A stretch of 64,000 nucleotides of DNA from assembly GCA_937952415.1 (NCBI GenBank), contig CALFYT010000119.1, positions 5,252-69,251 on the forward strand, in the 5' to 3' direction. This document shows, piece by piece, positions 59,341 through 64,000 of this stretch. Each line of letters opens with the position of its first letter. The stretch's first letter is position 1. The position numbers and the translations under genes are program-made. The DNA is from an uncultured Planctomycetaceae bacterium. Its GTDB lineage: Bacteria > Planctomycetota > Planctomycetia > Pirellulales > PALSA-1355. The notes beneath the pieces were generated by a model. It saw only the letters and a program-made list of their open reading frames with translations, was not told the DNA's origin and did no database searches.

Positions 59341-59901
59341 GTGCGAAAAGCTCCGCTCATCGAAATGGATCGTGGCACGTGGGGTGCCATCGCGCTGGTG
59401 ACAGCAACCGCGGTGGTCTACCTGACGTTCTGGTTCGTGCCGCAAATGCGCGCCATCGCCAACTCGCACGCCGAATTGGAATCGAAGCTCGAGTACGTCA
59501 TGGGTGCCCACAAGTCGGCGCTGGCCGCGGATCGGGTCGAGCAGGAACTGCGCGAGGTGCGCGCGTACATCGAACAACACGACGACCAGTTGCTTGCGGA
59601 AGACGGAATGCCGTCGCTGTTTCGGCAAGTCAGCCACATGTGCAAGTCGCACGAAGTGATGACCACCCGCTTCGAGCCGCTGGCGCCGGTGTCCTACCAC
59701 AGTCTGGAACGGGCCTCGCTGAGCCTCGGCGTTCGAGGGCCGTTTCAGTCCGTCCAGCGCGTGCTTCACGAGCTGGAGTCGCTCCCAGAGAGGGTTTGGG
59801 TCGACAGCATCAAGATGAGCCGCACGCAAGAAGCTGGGGACTCTGTGCAATGTGAGCTGCGTTTGGTTGTCTTTGTCGATAATCCGGAAAATACCGATTA
59901 G
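59341..59901 (+). CDS. PilO/GspM-like bitopic inner-membrane protein
   Basis: Starts 2 nt after the previous stop. TM span (GAIALVTATAVVYLTFWFV), coiled coil, and a ferredoxin-like C-domain pattern (LSLGVRGPFQSVQRVLHELESL). Confidence 0.62.
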   Translation: MRKAPLIEMDRGTWGAIALVTATAVVYLTFWFVPQMRAIANSHAELESKLEYVMGAHKSALAADRVEQELREVRAYIEQHDDQLLAEDGMPSLFRQVSHMCKSHEVMTTRFEPLAPVSYHSLERASLSLGVRGPFQSVQRVLHELESLPERVWVDSIKMSRTQEAGDSVQCELRLVVFVDNPENTD

Positions 59902-59976
59902 TTGAACTGGTCCAACGTCCGATAGTAGAAGAGCCGGTTCGCAACCGGACGACTGCGCTAGCACCAGGACGAACCC

Positions 59977-60741
59977 ATGTCGCTGTCCCAACGACTCATC
60001 CGCGAAATCAAGGCCAGCCCTGCCAAGGCGGGCGGACTGGGCGTGTTGCTGCTCGTGGCTGGGTACTTTTGGCTGCCAGTGATCATGGGGTTGTTTGTCG
60101 GTGTGCAGCCCACTCCGGCCGCACCGCTGACAAGTGCCAGCCCTTTGCCCGCTAGCAGTCCGTTATCGGAGTTGGCCGAGTCGCAGCCTCCACCGGCCGG
60201 GTCCACGGCATTCGATTGGCGCAAGCTGGCCGAGATGATGGAAGGCGATCCAATGACCAAACCGGTCGACAACTCGGAAAGTCGGCGCGATCCGTTTGCT
60301 GGCGAAGAGATTTTGGCAGCCGAACAAGAAGCCGAAGCCACACCAACCTTGCCGCCCGTCCTCACCAAGCCAGTGACTCCCGAAGAGGCCGGTTTGGTGC
60401 TCAAGACGACGATGTTGGGCTCCGGCCGGCGCATTGCCGACATCGGCGGCCGGTCCTACACCGTCGGCGATCCTGTCCCTGCGCCCGACGCTGGCAGCGA
60501 CGTCGTGTTTCAAGTCGTTGAGATTCACCACCGCCGCGTGGTGTTGGAACGGGGCGACCAACAGTTCGAATTGCGCATCCGGCGCCCGCTGGTCGACGCG
60601 GCCCACGAAGCGCTCACGGGGCGCACCGAGCCGGCCACAAGCAACCAAAGCCAGCGGGCAGCCGTACGCGGTAACGATACGCAACCTGCCCCGCCTCAAC
60701 ATGCCCCGGGCACGAGGCCCGAGGCCCTAATGACCAATTAG
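59977..60741 (+). CDS. PilP/GspC-position protein (TM anchor, Pro-rich linker, small beta domain)
   Basis: 254 aa. TM span GLGVLLLVAGYFWLPVIMGLFV, a P/A/S linker, then LVLKTTMLGSGRRIADIGGRSYTVGDPV...VVFQVVEIHHRRVVLERGDQQFEL, which resembles PilP/GspC HR domains. Confidence 0.55.
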   Translation: MSLSQRLIREIKASPAKAGGLGVLLLVAGYFWLPVIMGLFVGVQPTPAAPLTSASPLPASSPLSELAESQPPPAGSTAFDWRKLAEMMEGDPMTKPVDNSESRRDPFAGEEILAAEQEAEATPTLPPVLTKPVTPEEAGLVLKTTMLGSGRRIADIGGRSYTVGDPVPAPDAGSDVVFQVVEIHHRRVVLERGDQQFELRIRRPLVDAAHEALTGRTEPATSNQSQRAAVRGNDTQPAPPQHAPGTRPEALMTN

Positions 60742-60817
60742 CCGTTAGCGGAAGGCCGAACAGGCCAATTCGCCGCCCGACTCCCAACGGCGACGGACAC
60801 ACCGATCACGGACGATC

Positions 60818-63058
60818 ATGAACAGCATCTTCAAGCTTTTCGCATTGGCCCTGTTTATTGCCGGTGGCATCGGGATTGCCATTGGCCTGGCCACGTCGAT
60901 TCCGCGGGCCGACCCGTCTGTCGCGATCGACGCGTCGCCTACGCCAGATGCGGCGACGGCTGCGACGGCTGCCGACGCGGATCCAACCCCGCAGGCTGAA
61001 ACGCCGTCACAGACTGCGCACCAACCGCCGCACCCCGAGTATGCCGACGAATTTGTGCCGCAAGCAACCGCCGAAACCGAACCAAGCGTTCCCTCGGATC
61101 GACCCGCGGACAACACCCGTCTGGCACAAAATGACAAGGTGCCGCCGATTCCCGGACTGGGCGACATCGGCAAAGCGCTGTACAAGGAGGTGCTCGAACA
61201 GCAGGCAGTCCAAGATAAGCTGCGACAGCAGGCCCAACAGCAGCAACTGCCGGGCATTGGCGGAACGCCATTCGACCCCAGCAGCCTCTTGCCCCCAACG
61301 GGCGTGGATCCGAACGCGGCCGGCACGGGCACTGCGACGCAGCAACAAACCGCGGCTCCGCCGACGACCGACTTTACGGTCAAGAAAGTGCCGGGCGAGG
61401 GCGATGATCGGCTGACCGTCCATATTCAGAACAAAGACCTTCGCGAGGTGCTTGACTTTCTCGGCGAGCACAGCGACCTGAGCATCTTGGCCGCGCCGGA
61501 CGTGCAGGGACTGGTTTCCGTTTCGCTCACCGACGTGACGATCGAACAGGCGTTGGCCGCCATCCTCAAGTCGACCGGGTACGTTTCGCGCCGCGAAGGT
61601 AAGTTCGTCTACGTCGGCACGCCCCAAGACATCCAACAGATGCTTCAATCCGTCGATCGCATCGAAACACGGGTCTACCGGCCAAACTATGTGAAGGCCG
61701 CGGATCTAGAGCCGCTGATCACGCCGCTGCTTTCGCTGTCGGGAAGTGCCAGCGCTGGCTCGTCGGTCGTGGCCGTATCGCCACCGGCGGAACAGGGCAT
61801 CGAGCCCGACGGTGGCCAGGCGGGCGGCGATTCCTTCGCCGAGGGCGAAGTGCTCGTCGTGCGTGACTACACGACCATCCTCGACGAGATCGATCAGGTC
61901 ATCGCCGAAATCGACAAGCGTCCGATGCAGGTCGCCATCGAAGCCATGTTGCTCAGCGTGGAGTTGAACGACAGCAACACGTTCGGCGTCGACTGGCAGT
62001 TTCTGCGGGACAACGACCACATTAAGTTCGCCACCGGTTCGCCGCCGGCCAGCCTGGGCGAGATCAAGTTCACCCAAGGCGGGCTCAAATTCGGATTCCT
62101 CGATAGCTCGCTCGGCGTATTCGTCAACGCGCTGCAAACGATCGGCGACACCAACGTCATCGCCAGTCCACGCTTGATGTGCCTCAACAAACAAAAGGCC
62201 GAAATCCTGATCGGCCAGCAGTTGGGCTACGTTACCAAAACGCTCACACAAACGACCACGGCGCAAACCGTCGAGTTTCTTGAAGTCGGAACGCAACTGC
62301 GATTGCGGCCGTTTATCTCGACCGACGGCCTAATCCGGATGGAAGTCCATCCCGAACTGTCGACCGGCAGCGTCGAAGTGAAGGAAGGTTTCACGCTGCC
62401 CAACAAGCAGACCACGCAGGTCACCACCAACATCATGGTCCGCGACGGCTGCACGGTCGTGATCGGCGGCCTGATGCAGGAAAATCTGACCAACACGGGC
62501 AGTGAAGTGCCGCTGCTGGGCAGCACGCCGGGCGTGGGATTCCTGTTTCGCACGCGAACCGGAACCCAAAAGCGTAATGAGATCATCGTGCTCATTACGC
62601 CACACATCGTCTACGAACCAGAGAGCTGTATCGAGGGCGACCAGGCCGCCGCCGATTTTCATCGACACCAGGCCGTCTACAAAGACGAGTTCGTGCCGCT
62701 CAATTCGCGTCACGTCGGCCGCAAGTTCTTCCGGCTCGCGCAGCGTGCCTGGGCCAACAACGACAAGCGCGCCGCCCTGCGTTTCATCAACGTCGCCGTT
62801 CACTTCGACCCGCAAAGCCGTGCGGCCATCGATTTGCGAGCCGACATCCTGGCCAACAATCAGTTCGGCCGCCAGTCGGGTATCGTCCCGCTGCCTGTCG
62901 GTTCGCCCGAAACCGCGCTCGAGGGCGAGTCCGTGGCTCCCTGGCTGCTGGACGGACTGGAAGGGGGCGGGTTCGAGGGCTACGTACCGCCCCATCCGCG
63001 CGATCCGGGCGCGCCGGCCAGCGTGATCCGCATTGAACCAGGATCGGAGTTCCGGTAA
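60818..63058 (+). CDS. secretin (GspD/PilQ family)
   Basis: 746 aa. N-terminal anchor, a low-complexity P/A/Q region and an STN-like domain (LREVLDFLGEHSDLSILAAPDVQGLVSVSLTDVTIEQALAAILKSTGY). The secretin core has NVIASPRLMCLNKQKAEILIGQQLGYVT and VPLLGSTPGVGFLFRTRTGTQKRNEIIVLITPHIV. Confidence 0.92.
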   Translation: MNSIFKLFALALFIAGGIGIAIGLATSIPRADPSVAIDASPTPDAATAATAADADPTPQAETPSQTAHQPPHPEYADEFVPQATAETEPSVPSDRPADNTRLAQNDKVPPIPGLGDIGKALYKEVLEQQAVQDKLRQQAQQQQLPGIGGTPFDPSSLLPPTGVDPNAAGTGTATQQQTAAPPTTDFTVKKVPGEGDDRLTVHIQNKDLREVLDFLGEHSDLSILAAPDVQGLVSVSLTDVTIEQALAAILKSTGYVSRREGKFVYVGTPQDIQQMLQSVDRIETRVYRPNYVKAADLEPLITPLLSLSGSASAGSSVVAVSPPAEQGIEPDGGQAGGDSFAEGEVLVVRDYTTILDEIDQVIAEIDKRPMQVAIEAMLLSVELNDSNTFGVDWQFLRDNDHIKFATGSPPASLGEIKFTQGGLKFGFLDSSLGVFVNALQTIGDTNVIASPRLMCLNKQKAEILIGQQLGYVTKTLTQTTTAQTVEFLEVGTQLRLRPFISTDGLIRMEVHPELSTGSVEVKEGFTLPNKQTTQVTTNIMVRDGCTVVIGGLMQENLTNTGSEVPLLGSTPGVGFLFRTRTGTQKRNEIIVLITPHIVYEPESCIEGDQAAADFHRHQAVYKDEFVPLNSRHVGRKFFRLAQRAWANNDKRAALRFINVAVHFDPQSRAAIDLRADILANNQFGRQSGIVPLPVGSPETALEGESVAPWLLDGLEGGGFEGYVPPHPRDPGAPASVIRIEPGSEFR

Positions 63059-64000
63059 TGCGACGCGCCAGGCCATCGCTATTGCTGCTTGCGGCTGCCG
63101 TGCTGGGCGCCACTTCCGGCTGCGCCGGCGTCGGTCGACTAACTTCCACGACCAACGGCATCGACTCCGAACAGCAGCAACGAGCAACCGAAACCATCGC
63201 AGACTTCGAAGAGAAACGCGAGCACGCGGAATTAATGGCTGCACAAGCGCGTTGGCGTGAGGGCAATCTGGCCGCCTGTCGCCAGGGCCTTGACGAGCTG
63301 CTCTCGCGCGATCCCACGCACATGGAAGCCCGCGCCTTGCTGATCCAGGTGCTGCTTTCCGAAGAAAAATACGACGTGGCCCGCGGCTACCTCGAACAGG
63401 TCTTGGCCGCTCGACCCGCTGATGCCTGGGCCAACCACACGATGGGCCTGGTCCTTCAAATGCAAGGCAGTGACGCGGAGGCGCTCACCTACTTCCGCCG
63501 GGCCGCTGAACTGCAACCCGACAATCAGGAGTTCGCGCTGAGCCGTCGGGCGTTGGAATTGGCGTGCGCAGCGTCGCACGATGCGTGTCGCGTCGGCGAC
63601 CACGACAAAGCGGGCGGGTCCGCTATTTGCCGATCGGGCACGCAATGCGGCACGGATGCGTGCACCGATTGCAGTCCGGGCAAGCAGTGCGCTGTCGAAA
63701 CGTGCGGCGAATGCGGTCCGCACAAGCCGGGCTCCGCCGAAACGGCTGCCGCTGGCGACGCCGCATCTCCGGCGACGTCCGAAGCCAACCGGGCCCTTAC
63801 CGACGCCGAAGAAGCGCTCAAGACAGACAACGTACAAGACGCACGCGACCTGCTGACCCGAGCCGTCTCGCTCGGCGACGCCTCGCCGCGCATCGCGATC
63901 CGCGCGGCCGTCGTGGCGTTACGACAGCGCCATCCGGAACTAGCGGTATTTGTGTTACAACCCCTCGCCGAGCGCTATCGCGATTCGGCCGCCCTGCACC
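63058..64000 (+). CDS. TPR lipoprotein with Cys-rich insert (partial, runs off right edge)
   Basis: Absent from the ORF track (no stop in the window); read by hand. ATG at 63058 overlaps the secretin stop (TAATG). Lipobox LLAAAVLGATSGC. TPR units (ARALLIQVLLSEEKYDVARGYLEQVLAARPAD; TMGLVLQMQGSDAEALTYFRRAAELQPDN). The frame is open to 64000. Confidence 0.75.
   Translation, partial: MRRARPSLLLLAAAVLGATSGCAGVGRLTSTTNGIDSEQQQRATETIADFEEKREHAELMAAQARWREGNLAACRQGLDELLSRDPTHMEARALLIQVLLSEEKYDVARGYLEQVLAARPADAWANHTMGLVLQMQGSDAEALTYFRRAAELQPDNQEFALSRRALELACAASHDACRVGDHDKAGGSAICRSGTQCGTDACTDCSPGKQCAVETCGECGPHKPGSAETAAAGDAASPATSEANRALTDAEEALKTDNVQDARDLLTRAVSLGDASPRIAIRAAVVALRQRHPELAVFVLQPLAERYRDSAALH

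Noticed and set aside
58867-59991. 374-aa minus-strand ORF spanning pilN-like and pilO-like genes
   Set aside because: It crosses two plus-strand genes that have TM anchors and operon-consistent spacing. It has no motifs of its own.

Overview
High-GC chromosomal segment (roughly 60-65% by eye). The gene content suggests a Planctomycetota, Pirellulales-like genome: a DUF1559 prepilin-like protein, five PEP-CTERM proteins, an MfnB homolog and a phosphoketolase/acetate kinase pair. About 60 protein genes are supportable. Housekeeping genes (rnd fragment, glpD-glpK, rho, ackA-xfp, nagA, uvrB, comEA, nadC) are mixed with many secreted or surface proteins. A tRNA-Ser(GGA) at ~15.2 kb is followed by the last 70 codons of a tyrosine integrase. 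That stump abuts an orphan copy of the PEP-CTERM tail of gene 16327-17565, which looks like a decayed integration/deletion scar. An SsuD-like LLM oxidoreductase (29924-30954) is split by an apparent 1-nt frameshift. The most system-like feature is a tightly coupled 11-gene operon from 53.4 kb to the right edge. It encodes three class-III-signal pseudopilins, a 603-aa protein in the GspK/PilX position, PilM, PilN-like and PilO-like proteins, a PilP/GspC-position protein, a 746-aa secretin and a Cys-rich TPR lipoprotein. No ATPase, platform protein, major pilin or prepilin peptidase is in view. Every prepilin-type leader in the window has Ala rather than Gly at -1. I saw no CRISPR array, rRNA, intact transposase or recognisable defence system. 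Many long ORFs in the track are antisense or alternative-frame shadows typical of high-GC DNA and were rejected. All calls rest on hand reading of motifs; no database search was run.
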